DNA of 64,000 bases from Desulfosoma sp. (GCA_037481835.1 JBBFKW010000001.1:64001-128000); one strand, 5' to 3'. Shown: positions 48,143 to 58,056, counted from the first letter of the stretch. Made by a program: numbers and translations. The notes: a model not told the origin generated them from the sequence alone.

Positions 48143-48448
48143 TCACCGGTCCTCTCTCATGGCAAAAGCCCGAATGCGTTCCCACTCTTTTTCGTTCACG
48201 GCCGGAAGTTCTTCGTCCGGAGGAAACGCCGCACGGCGCACGGCTTCCAATCGGCTTTGCATCTCTTCAGCGATGCGCCGGGCTTCCCCGCTCAGGGTAT
48301 AGGGCTCGGCGGGGGCCGCTTTGTCCTGTTCTTCCTCGGGCTCCAGCGCCTCTTCGGGAATGGAAAGCACCACCCGAGACCTTTTCAAGGAAATCTCCCG
48401 CAAGGGCTTGAAAACACCGTCTTCCCACAGGGCTTCGATCTCTATCAT
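48143..48448 (-). CDS. Antitoxin-like protein (AF2212/DUF104 family)
   Basis: [14 protein letters not shown]-terminus; directly upstream of the PIN fusion. Confidence 0.75.
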   Translation of the reverse strand: MIEIEALWEDGVFKPLREISLKRSRVVLSIPEEALEPEEEQDKAAPAEPYTLSGEARRIAEEMQSRLEAVRRAAFPPDEELPAVNEKEWERIRAFAMREDR

Positions 48449-50172
48449 GTTTCCGTCCTATGCGTCGTTTCGTCTTCGATCCGTTCCAGGCCTTCGCCTT
48501 TTTGAACATAGCGTTTTCCGCACGAGGAACACACCCACTCCTCGGGGAGGCGTTCCCCGCACTCGCACGCCCAGCCGATCCGCCGGGCCGGATTGCCCAC
48601 CACCAGGGCATGGTCGGGAACGTTTCGGGTGACCACGGCCCCGGCCCCCACGAAGGCGTATCGGCCGATGGTCACGCCGCAGACGATGGTGCAGTTGGCT
48701 CCCAGGGTCGCTCCGGCCTTCACCAGGGTGGGCCGCACCTGGTCCATCTTGCGGATGGCGGCCCGGGGATTGTAGATGTTCGTAAAGACCATGGACGGCC
48801 CGCAAAACACGTAGTCTTCCAGGGTGACTCCTTTGTAAACCGACACGTTGTTCTGGATGCGGCAGCCTCTGCCGATGGTGACATCGGGGCCGATGACCAC
48901 GTTCTGGCCGATGTTGCAACCTTCCCCGATGACCGTCCCGGAAAGGATATGGGAAAAATGCCAGACGGCCGTCCCGTCGCCGATCTGAACCCCATCGTCC
49001 ACGACGGCCGTGGGGTGGATGCGCACTCGGCCCGATGCGGAAACGGACGGGGAGGCGGGCTGCGGGGCGGCACTGACGGCGGTCCCTGGGGTGGCGGCGG
49101 GCATGCGGGTGCACCCCGATTCCAGGGAGCGTTGGGCCAGGTTCAGGATGCGAAGGACCTTCAAGCCTTCGCGGCCGTCGGTTCGAGGGCGGGCGCCGTC
49201 CCGCACGCAGCGGAGGAAGTGTTCGCATTCCACCTTGAGCGGTTCGGCTTCGACCACATCCACCCGTTCGGGGTCGGCCTTGGCCGGCACGGGGACGTTG
49301 TTTTCCCAGCGGATTTCGTGGGGGTAAAGAAGGAGCTTTTCCGGCCAGGGGCGCGTGTCGTCGAAGACGGCCATCTTTCGGTCCCCCACCACCACGAGCT
49401 GCTGCACCTTGAAGGGGTGAAGCCAGGAGACGAAAATGTGGGCGCGAAGCCCGGAGGGGAATTCCAGATGGGTCGTCGTCACGTCGGCGATCTTGCGGTG
49501 CAGGTAATTGCCGCCCGTGGCCCAGACGGCTTCGGGGTCTTCCGCCGCCAGGGCCAGGATCATGGAAATGTCGTGGGGGGCGAAGGACCACAGCGCGTTT
49601 TCTTCCCGGCGGATCTTTCCCAGGTTGAGGCGATGGGAATAGATGTAGTTGATCCGGCCGAGGTCTCCCGAAGCGGCCAGGTCCTTGAGCTTGACGAAGG
49701 CGGGGTGGTAGTGGAGAAGGTGTCCCACCATGAGGGTCAGGCGCCGATCGTCGGCCAGGGCGATGAGCTCGTGCGCTTCGCCTTCGTCCAAGACCAAGGG
49801 CTTTTCCACATAGACGTGCTTTCCCGCAAGGAGCGCTTCCCGGGCCAGGCGGAAGTGCGTTTCCGCAGGTGTGGCGACAACGAGGGCCGAGATGTCGTCC
49901 CGTTCCAGGACGGCGGGAAGGGAGAGAGCGGTGGCGACGTCCGGGTAAAGATGGCGGTAGTGGGCGAGCAGGGTTTCGTTGGTGTCGCAGATGAGCTTCA
50001 AGGCCCCCAGGGCGTGATAGTTCCGCACGAGATTCTTCCCCCAGTACCCGCAGCCGATGACGGCCACAGCGGGGGGATCCTGGGTTGCCGGGAGGGGTGA
50101 TGGGGCTAGGGATTGCACCTGGGGCGACTTTTCCATGGGGGGACTGACCTCCATTTTCCGGCGAATGTCCAT
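48445..50172 (-). CDS. Gfo/Idh/MocA oxidoreductase - N-acetyltransferase fusion (WbpB-WbpD-like)
   Basis: GCGYWG, EKP, HDIS; then [36 protein letters not shown]; start uncertain. Confidence 0.9.
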   Translation of the reverse strand: MDIRRKMEVSPPMEKSPQVQSLAPSPLPATQDPPAVAVIGCGYWGKNLVRNYHALGALKLICDTNETLLAHYRHLYPDVATALSLPAVLERDDISALVVATPAETHFRLAREALLAGKHVYVEKPLVLDEGEAHELIALADDRRLTLMVGHLLHYHPAFVKLKDLAASGDLGRINYIYSHRLNLGKIRREENALWSFAPHDISMILALAAEDPEAVWATGGNYLHRKIADVTTTHLEFPSGLRAHIFVSWLHPFKVQQLVVVGDRKMAVFDDTRPWPEKLLLYPHEIRWENNVPVPAKADPERVDVVEAEPLKVECEHFLRCVRDGARPRTDGREGLKVLRILNLAQRSLESGCTRMPAATPGTAVSAAPQPASPSVSASGRVRIHPTAVVDDGVQIGDGTAVWHFSHILSGTVIGEGCNIGQNVVIGPDVTIGRGCRIQNNVSVYKGVTLEDYVFCGPSMVFTNIYNPRAAIRKMDQVRPTLVKAGATLGANCTIVCGVTIGRYAFVGAGAVVTRNVPDHALVVGNPARRIGWACECGERLPEEWVCSSCGKRYVQKGEGLERIEDETTHRTET

Positions 50173-50259
50173 GGGCTGGGTAGGGTCAAGGGACGACTTC
50201 CGAGAGCACTTTTATGAAATGAGAACATGCCTGCGCCTTTCGGCGAAAAAGCATCTCCC

Positions 50260-50694
50260 TTCACCCGTGGGCGGGCCTACGCCTGAGGGCGGGTGCACGG
50301 AAGGACGCAGGGGGCATCCTGGGGGGTGTATTCGGGAACCAAGGTTTTCAGGGCGCGGCGGACGGCGGCGGCGTCCTGGGCCAGGGCCGCGGCCACCAGG
50401 TCCTGGAGTTCCCGGGAAAACCGGGGTGAAGACGATGTCCACGTCCACGCCGGGGCGCTTTCCGCACAATCGAATGAGGTCCCGGGCCATGTCGGCGATG
50501 CGCACCGGGGTGCCCATTTCCAGGACGAAGATCTCGCCCCCGCGGCCCAGGGTCGCCGCCTGCAAGATGAGCTGGGCCGCTTCGGGAATGGTCATGAAAT
50601 ACCGGGTGACCTGCGGGTGGGTGACCGTCACGGGCCCGCCCCGCTCGATCTGCTTCGTAAAGAGCGGGATGACGGATCCCGACGAGCCGATGAC
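50260..50694 (-). pseudogene. Duplicated, internally deleted 3' end of the PglF/CapD-like gene
   Basis: Near-identical to 52809-53380 but lacking ~135 bp, frameshifted. Confidence 0.9.
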
Positions 50695-50908
50695 CAAGAA
50701 CTCACGAGCGGCTACTGCTGTGTGAAAAAGAACAAATCAGCCGTGTCACCTCTACACTATCTTGTTTCCACGCCCTTATGTGATATCTTCAACTCACAGC
50801 ACTCTCTTCCAGCAAAGAGAGTTCTCTCCTGTGCCGGAAACGGTGTCGCCCAAGATGGCAACGGATCTCATTGTCCACTGCCCTATTACAAACGGACAGG
50901 ACACTTCC

Positions 50909-51152
50909 AACCGCTGCATACCCGCGCCGCCTTCTGGGCGTGCGATCCCGAGCCGACCTCCCAATTCACGTCGGGCCGTGGCAGCTCCAGCTCGTCGAAG
51001 AACACCTGCGACATGTTGGCCTCGTAGTGCCGGCCCGTATGCACGAGAACCTGCTCAAAGGTCTCCGGATGCTGCGCCATTTCGTGCATGGTCGGCGCGA
51101 TCTTCATAAAGTTGGGCCGCGCGCCCACGACGTGAAGGAAGCGTTGTTTCAT
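50909..51152 (-). pseudogene. N-terminal fragment of a second UDP-GlcNAc 2-epimerase
   Basis: VVGARPNFMKIAP, HTGRHY, GSGSHA; truncated at an IS256-like end (GGAAGTGTCC on the minus strand, ~50908). Confidence 0.8.
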
Positions 51153-51218
51153 GGCCGCCATGTCAACCCCGCTACGACCATCCGGCAAACACGGCTACTC
51201 TCGTCGCTTCGCATGCCA

Positions 51219-51719
51219 TCAGAGATCCGTTTCTTTACTCTCTTGCAGAAGCTGGCTAAACAAATCCGCGCGAATATGAAAGCCGGCCCTTTGCCGCAAT
51301 TCCTCCATCGCTGCGCGTAGCGACGACAATCTCCCCTCACGTCGTGCCCGCAAGAGGATGCCCAAGACGCCAACGACCTTCAGCCCCAGGGATTTGGCAA
51401 CCCGTCGCCCCTCCCGCTCATCCAACAACGTCCACTCCGCCTGCATCTGGACCGCCAACGCGATGGCTTCGGCTTCACCTCGATCCAGCTCACGCTGAAG
51501 CACCCGAGCCAGCGCCCGCTCTCTCACCTCTTCGACTCGAAGCCATCCTTTCTCCAACGCCTCTCTTACCGCCGCAGAACCGGGCAGACTCTCTTCAACG
51601 CGCAGCTCCTCCACCACCCCCACCGGAATCCACACCTCGCCGAACTGCTCACGCAGCAAGGGAAGCTGTCCGATAATCGCCAGGTTCAAAAGGGGCGAGG
51701 TGTTACTCACCACGGGCAT
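51219..51719 (-). CDS. DUF3368 family PIN-like toxin
   Basis: VVSNTSPL, LDRGEAEAIALA, LDEREGR, GVLGIL. Confidence 0.88.
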   Translation of the reverse strand: MPVVSNTSPLLNLAIIGQLPLLREQFGEVWIPVGVVEELRVEESLPGSAAVREALEKGWLRVEEVRERALARVLQRELDRGEAEAIALAVQMQAEWTLLDEREGRRVAKSLGLKVVGVLGILLRARREGRLSSLRAAMEELRQRAGFHIRADLFSQLLQESKETDL

Positions 51720-51957
51720 ACATGAGATCGTCCTCCATCTCCTCCTGTCCGTAGTGCCGCAGGATGCCTTGCTCCCCTAATCGTCGGCCAAACTCGTATT
51801 TTCCAAGTCCTGCCAGCTCTGCGGCCTTACCCAACGACAAAAGCCCCCTGGCATATAAAGCCACGGCTAGCTCCACCAGGAGCTCTTGGGCCATGCGCTC
51901 TTCCGGTAGACGAATTGCCTGAACAATGGCATCGGGAATCTGCAATTGTACGCTCAT
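51703..51957 (-). CDS. UPF0175 family putative antitoxin
   Basis: ELAVALY...LSLGKAAELAG; overlaps the DUF3368 start. Confidence 0.85.
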   Translation of the reverse strand: MSVQLQIPDAIVQAIRLPEERMAQELLVELAVALYARGLLSLGKAAELAGLGKYEFGRRLGEQGILRHYGQEEMEDDLMYARGE

Positions 51958-52146
51958 GGCCTCTCCTCAACCATATCCCGATTCCTTCATGTAATTCGCT
52001 CAATGTCCTCAGCTCCCGATACGATGACCCGATCGGGTTTACAATCCAGAGCCAAATGACGCCGACCTTCTCCGCCACGAATGATACAAATTTTCACAAA
52101 AGATCTTCTCCCGCGGCAAAACCATTCCGGCAAGGCTCAGCCGGCT

Positions 52147-52374
52147 TCAGGCAGGAATCATCTCAGCGGGCGAGGGAATGAGCGCCACTTCAAATTGCAG
52201 CTTGTGTTGCAATACCTCAGAAGCATCCAGCACTTCGATGCCGATCAGCCTACCCTGCCTGTCAAAATCGGCATGTACGCCAGGTGACACGGTTTCGGTC
52301 TTCGCCGCTTTCTCACCTACAGGGCCCAACCAGATATACAACAAGTCCCGCAAAGGGTCATATTCAATCTTCAT
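52147..52374 (-). CDS. DUF2283 family protein
   Basis: MKIEYDP..DLLYI...ADFD..GRLIGIEVLDAS. Confidence 0.85.
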   Translation of the reverse strand: MKIEYDPLRDLLYIWLGPVGEKAAKTETVSPGVHADFDRQGRLIGIEVLDASEVLQHKLQFEVALIPSPAEMIPA

Positions 52375-52598
52375 TTCGCTCCCCTCCGCGGAAAACGATG
52401 CCCATAACGAGCCTTCGTCGTCAATAAGATAATCCCTTCATCGGTGACCTTGTAGTACACCGTCACCTCTTTCTCCTGATAGAATTGCCCTTCCCATTCC
52501 GCCGCGGAGTCAAACACCATAACTTTCCCTGCCGTACCCGGTTTGACATCACTGGCTTCCCAACCAAGGGTTTCTTTTCGCGGCAAAACTACTCGCAC
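52371..52598 (-). CDS. DUF4258-like small protein, probably N-terminally truncated
   Basis: Coupled to DUF2283; W.G..Y..KEVTVYY...IILLTTKARYG. Confidence 0.45.
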   Translation of the reverse strand: MRVVLPRKETLGWEASDVKPGTAGKVMVFDSAAEWEGQFYQEKEVTVYYKVTDEGIILLTTKARYGHRFPRRGAK

Positions 52599-52613
52599 AA
52601 GGCTCAGCCAGCC

Positions 52614-52808
52614 TCAGGCCGAGAACGCCCCAGCGGGCAAGGGCATGAGCATCACCTCACATTGCAGCTTGTGTTGCAACATCTCAGAAGCATCCAGCAC
52701 TTCGATGCCGATCAGCTTACCCTGCCTTTCAAAATCAGCATGTACACCCGGTGTCGCGGTTTCGGTCTTGGCCGCTTTCTCACCCTTAGGGCCAAACCAG
52801 ATATACAT
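52614..52808 (-). pseudogene. Second, N-terminally truncated DUF2283 copy
   Basis: MYIWFGPKGEKAAKTET...GKLIGIEVLDASE, highly similar to 52147-52374. Confidence 0.75.
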
Positions 52809-52825
52809 TTCACCCGCGGGCGGGC

Positions 52826-54787
52826 CTAAGGCTGAGGCCTCGTGCACGGAAGGACGCAGGGAGAATCCTGGGGGGTGTATTCGGGAACCAAGGTTTTCAG
52901 GGCGCGGCGGACGGCGGCGGCGTCCTGGGCCAGAGCTGCGTCCACCAGGTCCTGGAGTTCCCGGGAAAACCGGGTGGGGAAATCTTCCCCCGGCGCCCCG
53001 GAGCCGTTTCCGTTGGGACGAAGGACCAGGATCTTTTCGTGGGCCGTGTGCTCGATCCCTTCATCGTGGGTGATGAGTTCCTCGTAGAGCTTCTCCCCTT
53101 CCCGAAGGCCGGTGAAGACGATGTCCACGTCCTCGCCGGGGCGCTTTCCGCACAATCGGATGAGGTCCCGGGCCATGTCGGCGATGCGCACCGGGGTGCC
53201 CATTTCCAGGACGAAGATCTCGCCCCCGCGGCCCAGGGTCGCCGCCTGCAAGATGAGCTGGGCCGCTTCGGGAATGGTCATGAAATACCGGGTGACCTGC
53301 GGGTGGGTGACCGTCACGGGCCCGCCCCGCTCGATCTGCTTCGTAAAGAGCGGGATGACGGATCCCGACGAGCCGATGACGTTTCCGAACCGCACGGCCA
53401 TGAAACGCGTTTCCCCGCCCCGTTCGTGATACGTGCGCAACAAGAGCTCCGCCGTCCTCTTGCTCGCCCCCATGACGTTGGTGGGCCGAACGGCCTTGTC
53501 CGTGGACACCAACACGAAGCGCTCCGCACCGTACCGGGCCGCGAGATCCATCACGACCCGGCTTCCCAAGACGTTGTTGAAGACCGCCTCCCAGGGGTTC
53601 AGTTCCAGCATGGGCACGTGCTTGTAGGCCGCCGCGTGGAAGACCACCGCGGGCTCGTAGGTCAAAAAGATCTTTTCCATGAGCGGCTCGTTTTGCACCC
53701 GGGTCAAGAAACAGCGGTACGACCGGAAACCGACGCCGTGCTGCAGCTCCATCTGGATCTCGTAGAGGTTCGCCTCGCCCGCATCCACCAGGACGAGAAG
53801 GCTCGGGGAGAATTTGACCAGCTGCCGGATGAGTTCCGAGCCGATGGATCCCCCGGCCCCCGTGACCAAAACGCATTTCCCGCCCACGCACCGCCGGATC
53901 CCCTCCAGGTCCAAAGACACGGGAGGCCGGCCCAGAAGATCCTGGTAATTGACGTCCCGCAGGTTCCGGACACTCACCTTGCCGTTCATGAGGGCCCCGA
54001 TGGCCGGAAGGGTCCTGTAGGGAACGCCGCACGCCTTGCACAGATCCACAACGCGGCGCATCTCCCGGCCCGAAGCCGACGGCATGGCGATGAAGATTTC
54101 CCGGACGAAGAACCGCTCCGCCACCTCCGCGACGGCATCCACCGGCCCGAGCACGGGAACGCCGTGGAGGGTGCGGCCGTGCTTTCCGGGATCGTCGTCC
54201 AGAAAACCCGCCACATGGTAGTTCAGGGACGGATTGTCCAGGATTTCCCGAAGCATCTTTTCCCCGGCCTGGCCCGCGCCGATGATGAGGACGCACTTGC
54301 CATTGTTGCCGGGTCTGCGCCGCACGGGGACCGGCAGCCCCACGCACACCTGGCTCCCGGACCGGGACGCGTACCAGTTGCGGACGAAACCTCGAAGGCC
54401 GCTGCACAGGACGAAGGTGAGCACCGCATCCAGGACGAAAACCGCTCGGGAAAGGCCCTGGAAGCGCGACGTGTACACGAGAACCACGGACGTCATGGAA
54501 AAGGACGCCGCCACGGCCAGGCCCAGGCGCCACAGGTCCAGAAGGCTGAAAAACCGCCACATCCCCCGGTAAAGGCCCAGGGCCATGAAAAACGCCAGCT
54601 TGAGCGGGATCATCCAGGCAAGGAGCCGGCCCATTTCGCTCAGGTGCGGCTCGAGCTGGAACTCGAAGCGCAAGGCGTAGGCCCCCGCAAGGGCCGCGGC
54701 ACAACACGCGCTGTCGGCCGCCACCATGACGTAAAAGTTGGGGTTCCTCAGCGAAAACAAGGTAAAAGGGCGAACCGGGCGCGCCAT
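52826..54787 (-). CDS. UDP-GlcNAc 4,6-dehydratase (PglF/WbpM/CapD family)
   Basis: N-terminal TMs, GAGQAG, TGAGGSIGSE, HAAAYKHVP, STDKAVRPTNVMGASK, RFGNVIGSSGS. Confidence 0.93.
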   Translation of the reverse strand: MARPVRPFTLFSLRNPNFYVMVAADSACCAAALAGAYALRFEFQLEPHLSEMGRLLAWMIPLKLAFFMALGLYRGMWRFFSLLDLWRLGLAVAASFSMTSVVLVYTSRFQGLSRAVFVLDAVLTFVLCSGLRGFVRNWYASRSGSQVCVGLPVPVRRRPGNNGKCVLIIGAGQAGEKMLREILDNPSLNYHVAGFLDDDPGKHGRTLHGVPVLGPVDAVAEVAERFFVREIFIAMPSASGREMRRVVDLCKACGVPYRTLPAIGALMNGKVSVRNLRDVNYQDLLGRPPVSLDLEGIRRCVGGKCVLVTGAGGSIGSELIRQLVKFSPSLLVLVDAGEANLYEIQMELQHGVGFRSYRCFLTRVQNEPLMEKIFLTYEPAVVFHAAAYKHVPMLELNPWEAVFNNVLGSRVVMDLAARYGAERFVLVSTDKAVRPTNVMGASKRTAELLLRTYHERGGETRFMAVRFGNVIGSSGSVIPLFTKQIERGGPVTVTHPQVTRYFMTIPEAAQLILQAATLGRGGEIFVLEMGTPVRIADMARDLIRLCGKRPGEDVDIVFTGLREGEKLYEELITHDEGIEHTAHEKILVLRPNGNGSGAPGEDFPTRFSRELQDLVDAALAQDAAAVRRALKTLVPEYTPQDSPCVLPCTRPQP

Positions 54788-55061
54788 GGAAGCCTCCCCC
54801 CCCCGCGGATCTTCGTCGGCGAAGACAGAGCTTCGCCAACTCGGTTCCACCGAGGCCCTAGAGCATCACATCCAGGTGGGGCGAAAAATCCCGATCATTT
54901 TACTTCGCTTTAACTCCCTGAACTTGTTTGCTATATAGGAAAAGAAACACACAGCGTCAAGAACTTTTCTTTTTGACGGGCTTTCGGCCAAAATATTGAC
55001 GATCCGGGGGGGCCTCCCTGCGGCGGGAGGGGGAAGCCCCGGGCCGAGGGGGACGTGGGCG

Positions 55062-55844
55062 ATGATCGATCTTCACATGCACTGTCTTCCAGGGTTGGAC
55101 GACGGGGCCGCCGACATGGCGGAAGCCCTGGCCATGGCACGCACGGCCGTGGAGGACGGCGTTTCGGCGGTGGCGGCGACCCCCCACTGGGTTCCCGGGC
55201 TCTACGAGAACACGCGCCACCGCATCCTTGCGGCCGTGGAGCGATTCCGGGGGGCTCTGGACCGGGAGGGCATCTCCCTGCGGGTGCACGCCGGAGCGGA
55301 ACTCCACCTGGATCCGTCCATTCCCGGAGCTTTGGTCGAAGGAAAGCTCCTGACGCTCAACGACGGCTTGCGCTACGTTCTCATCGAACTGCCCGGGATT
55401 TTCATCCCCGAGCACGTGGAGGGCTTCTGGTTCCGGCTTCGAGCCCTGGGCTTCGTCCCCATCGCGGCCCATCCTGAGCGGTGCATCACCGTGGTTCGAA
55501 AGCCGGACATCCTGGCCTCGTGGGTTCGCTCGGGCCTCTTGGTGCAGGCGACGGCGGCGAGCCTTTCCGGCCGGTTCGGGCCGGAAGTGCGCCGGCTGTG
55601 CGAGCGCCTCCTGGAACGGGGACTGGTCCATGTCATCGCTTCGGACAGCCACGGGACGGTCGATCGGCCGCCGAGGCTTTCAGAGGCGCGGGAGGCGGCG
55701 GCGAGGATCGTGGGCGAGGAGGCCGCGCGGGCCATGGTGGAGGAGGTGCCGCGGCGGATTCTTGCGGGGGAGGAGGTGGATCCGGGGCTGGTGCGGGCGG
55801 GGCGGCCGGGGCGTGGAGGGTGGTGGCGGAGGGTGTGGAGGTAG
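55062..55844 (+). CDS. PHP-family tyrosine phosphatase (CpsB/CapC/YwqE)
   Basis: MIDLHMHCLPGLDDG, ATPH, AHPER, ASDSH. Confidence 0.92.
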   Translation: MIDLHMHCLPGLDDGAADMAEALAMARTAVEDGVSAVAATPHWVPGLYENTRHRILAAVERFRGALDREGISLRVHAGAELHLDPSIPGALVEGKLLTLNDGLRYVLIELPGIFIPEHVEGFWFRLRALGFVPIAAHPERCITVVRKPDILASWVRSGLLVQATAASLSGRFGPEVRRLCERLLERGLVHVIASDSHGTVDRPPRLSEAREAAARIVGEEAARAMVEEVPRRILAGEEVDPGLVRAGRPGRGGWWRRVWR

Positions 55845-55860
55845 GGGGGGGATATCTTGC

Positions 55861-56190
55861 CCCCTCAGCCTAGCCCTCTCCCCCCCTCACCTTAGCCCTC
55901 TCCCCCCTCACCCTAGCCCTCTCCCCCCAAAAGGGGGGAGAGGGGATAGAAATGTTCTCCCCAAAGAGGGGAGAGGGGATAACAATGTTCCCCGCAAAGG
56001 GAGGGGATAGAAATGTTTTTCCCAAAGGGGGGAGAGGGAATGAGAATGTTCTCCCCAAAGGGAGGGGAGGGGATAGAAATGTTTTCCCCAAAGGGGGGGG
56101 AGGGACAGATGATGTTCGCGAGGGGCTGGAAGAGGGGCTGGGCGCGGGGCTGGAAGAGGGGCTGGAAGAGGGGCTGGGCGGGGGGCTGGG
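55861..56190. repeat. Compound repeat array: CCCTCACCCTAGCCCTCTCCC units, ~35-bp CCCCAAAGGGG hairpin units, GAGGGGCTGGAA 12-mers
   Basis: Tandem copies visible directly, between convergent cpsB and wza. Confidence 0.85.
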
Positions 56191-57237
56191 TTACTGGTTT
56201 GCGGGGGTGTAGCCGATGCCCACGAGGCCCATGCCCAGGTTGAGCCTCAGGCCGTAGACCATGGCCTGGAGGGTGCTCGTTTCCACGAAGATGACGTCCC
56301 GGTCCTGGACCGTCACCTGCTGGGCCTTGCCCTGCTGGATGTCCTTGAGGGCCAGTTTCACGACTTCCCGGGAACCGTCGTCCTGGTAGCGCACGAGCTT
56401 TATGTCGCCCTCATCGGCCGTCTTGGCCAGGCCCCCCGCCTGGACGATGGCTTCCTGGACCGTCATTTCCTTCTTGATGGGATAGGCCCCGGGTTTTCGC
56501 ACCGCCCCGTCCACGTAGACCATGCCCGCCTCGGGAACGAAGATGACGTCGCCCGGGAGCACCGCCATGTTGAGTTCCGCCCGGCCTTCCTCGATGAGCT
56601 GTTCCAGGTCGATGAGGTACGTCTCGGGCCGGTCCCGGTCCTCCACCTTTCGGCGCAGTTGCACCATGCGGCCCGCCTTTTCCGAGAGGCCTCCGGCCAG
56701 GGCCAGCACATCCAGGAGGTTCTGTCGGGCCGGGTAGTCGTACGAGCCCGATTTTTGCACCGCTCCCAGGATGGTGATCTTCCCGCCGAACTGTTCCTTG
56801 AGGAAGATGGTCACGTGGGGATTTTGAAGGTACTTTTGCCGGTAGAGTTCTTCGATGTGGCGTTCGGCGTCCGAGGTGGTTCGCCCCGCCAGTTCCACCG
56901 GGCCGAGCAGGGGCAGAGTGGCGAAACCGCGGGCGCCGATGCGCGTTTCCGTGTTGAGTTCCGGGGCTTCGAAGATGGAGACGGTGATGAGGTCCCCCTG
57001 GTGGAGGACGTAGTCCTGGAATTCGGGAGCCCCCTGGACGGAGGCGAAAAGCTTGGCGTTGAGGTCGTCCACGGCGGCCTTTTTCGGGGCGGTCTTGGCC
57101 ACCACTTCATCCAGGGTCGCCGTGGGGGCGGGACCGGAGGAAGCCGCGCAGCCCAGGGCGGCGGCCAGGACGGCAGCCGCCCCCACGCGGAAAAGGCCCC
57201 GCACGAGACCGAAAACCCTTCTCTGGACAAGCCTCAT
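56191..57237 (-). CDS. wza: Polysaccharide export lipoprotein (Wza-like, SLBB repeats)
   Basis: Lipobox LGC, YVLHQGDLI, LPLLGPV, LALAGGL, PGDVIFVP. Confidence 0.88.
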   Translation of the reverse strand: MRLVQRRVFGLVRGLFRVGAAAVLAAALGCAASSGPAPTATLDEVVAKTAPKKAAVDDLNAKLFASVQGAPEFQDYVLHQGDLITVSIFEAPELNTETRIGARGFATLPLLGPVELAGRTTSDAERHIEELYRQKYLQNPHVTIFLKEQFGGKITILGAVQKSGSYDYPARQNLLDVLALAGGLSEKAGRMVQLRRKVEDRDRPETYLIDLEQLIEEGRAELNMAVLPGDVIFVPEAGMVYVDGAVRKPGAYPIKKEMTVQEAIVQAGGLAKTADEGDIKLVRYQDDGSREVVKLALKDIQQGKAQQVTVQDRDVIFVETSTLQAMVYGLRLNLGMGLVGIGYTPANQ

Positions 57238-57252
57238 GGCCGTTCGCCCATG

Positions 57253-58056
57253 CTACTGCAGCCCCGCCGGCGCCGCAGGGCTCACCGGCGCCGGAGGCAC
57301 GATGGGCGTGGGAGGTTTGGGCTTGGCCTCGGGAGGCACGGTTTCCTCGGGCGCCGTGGGGCCCGCCCCGCCTTCACCGTTATTCTGGGCCACCACGGCC
57401 GCGGTGGTGAGAGCCGCCGCCGCTCCCAAGCCCAGCGACAAGAGGCCCTTGGTGTGGGAATCTTCCACTTTTGCGCCGGCCGGAGCGCCTGCCCCGCCGG
57501 GGGCGCCCGCGGCGGGCGGGGTCACCTGGGCCTGGGCCAGCTGCAAGGCGTATCCCGGCCCGACCCGATGGGAGCCCCCGCCGGCCGAAACCCTCAGGGT
57601 CCCTTCATGGACGGCCAGGCGCGTTTCCTTGTCGGTCACGGTGAGGGTGCCCCGCACCACGCCCGGGGACGACGCCTGCGCAATGACCTCCTGCACTTCC
57701 AGCACATCGTGCGGGGTTCGGAAGGCCACGGGCTTGGCGTCCGAGCGCAGGGCGAAATCCAACCGGCCCGTTCGCAGCATCACGTCCCACCCTTCGGAGC
57801 GTTCCGCCACGGCGAAAACCGACTTGTCCCAGGCTCCGAACTGCACTCCCGGCATCTGGACGAAGCAGCGGCCTTCACACAGCACCACCTGGTCGCCGGA
57901 AAGGGGAAACGCCGATTGGATCCGGCGCACCTCCCGGCCGTTTTCCAGGAGGCTCACCGCCCCCTGGGGTTGGACCACCACGCCGGCGAAAGCCGCCGAA
58001 GACAGGAGGCACAGCGCCGGCACCACCCACCCCATGCGCCTTATGGTCTTGATCAT
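57253..58056 (-). CDS. Exported hypothetical protein (FecR-like beta region, Pro-rich tail)
   Basis: Signal peptide ending AFA, beta-rich region, hydrophobic segment, Pro-rich C-terminus; GAGGTG SD. Confidence 0.65.
   Translation of the reverse strand: MIKTIRRMGWVVPALCLLSSAAFAGVVVQPQGAVSLLENGREVRRIQSAFPLSGDQVVLCEGRCFVQMPGVQFGAWDKSVFAVAERSEGWDVMLRTGRLDFALRSDAKPVAFRTPHDVLEVQEVIAQASSPGVVRGTLTVTDKETRLAVHEGTLRVSAGGGSHRVGPGYALQLAQAQVTPPAAGAPGGAGAPAGAKVEDSHTKGLLSLGLGAAAALTTAAVVAQNNGEGGAGPTAPEETVPPEAKPKPPTPIVPPAPVSPAAPAGLQ

Noticed and set aside
51960..52080. Short ORF remnant GVIWLWIVNP... upstream of UPF0175
   Set aside because: May be a gene tail, but I cannot assign a family
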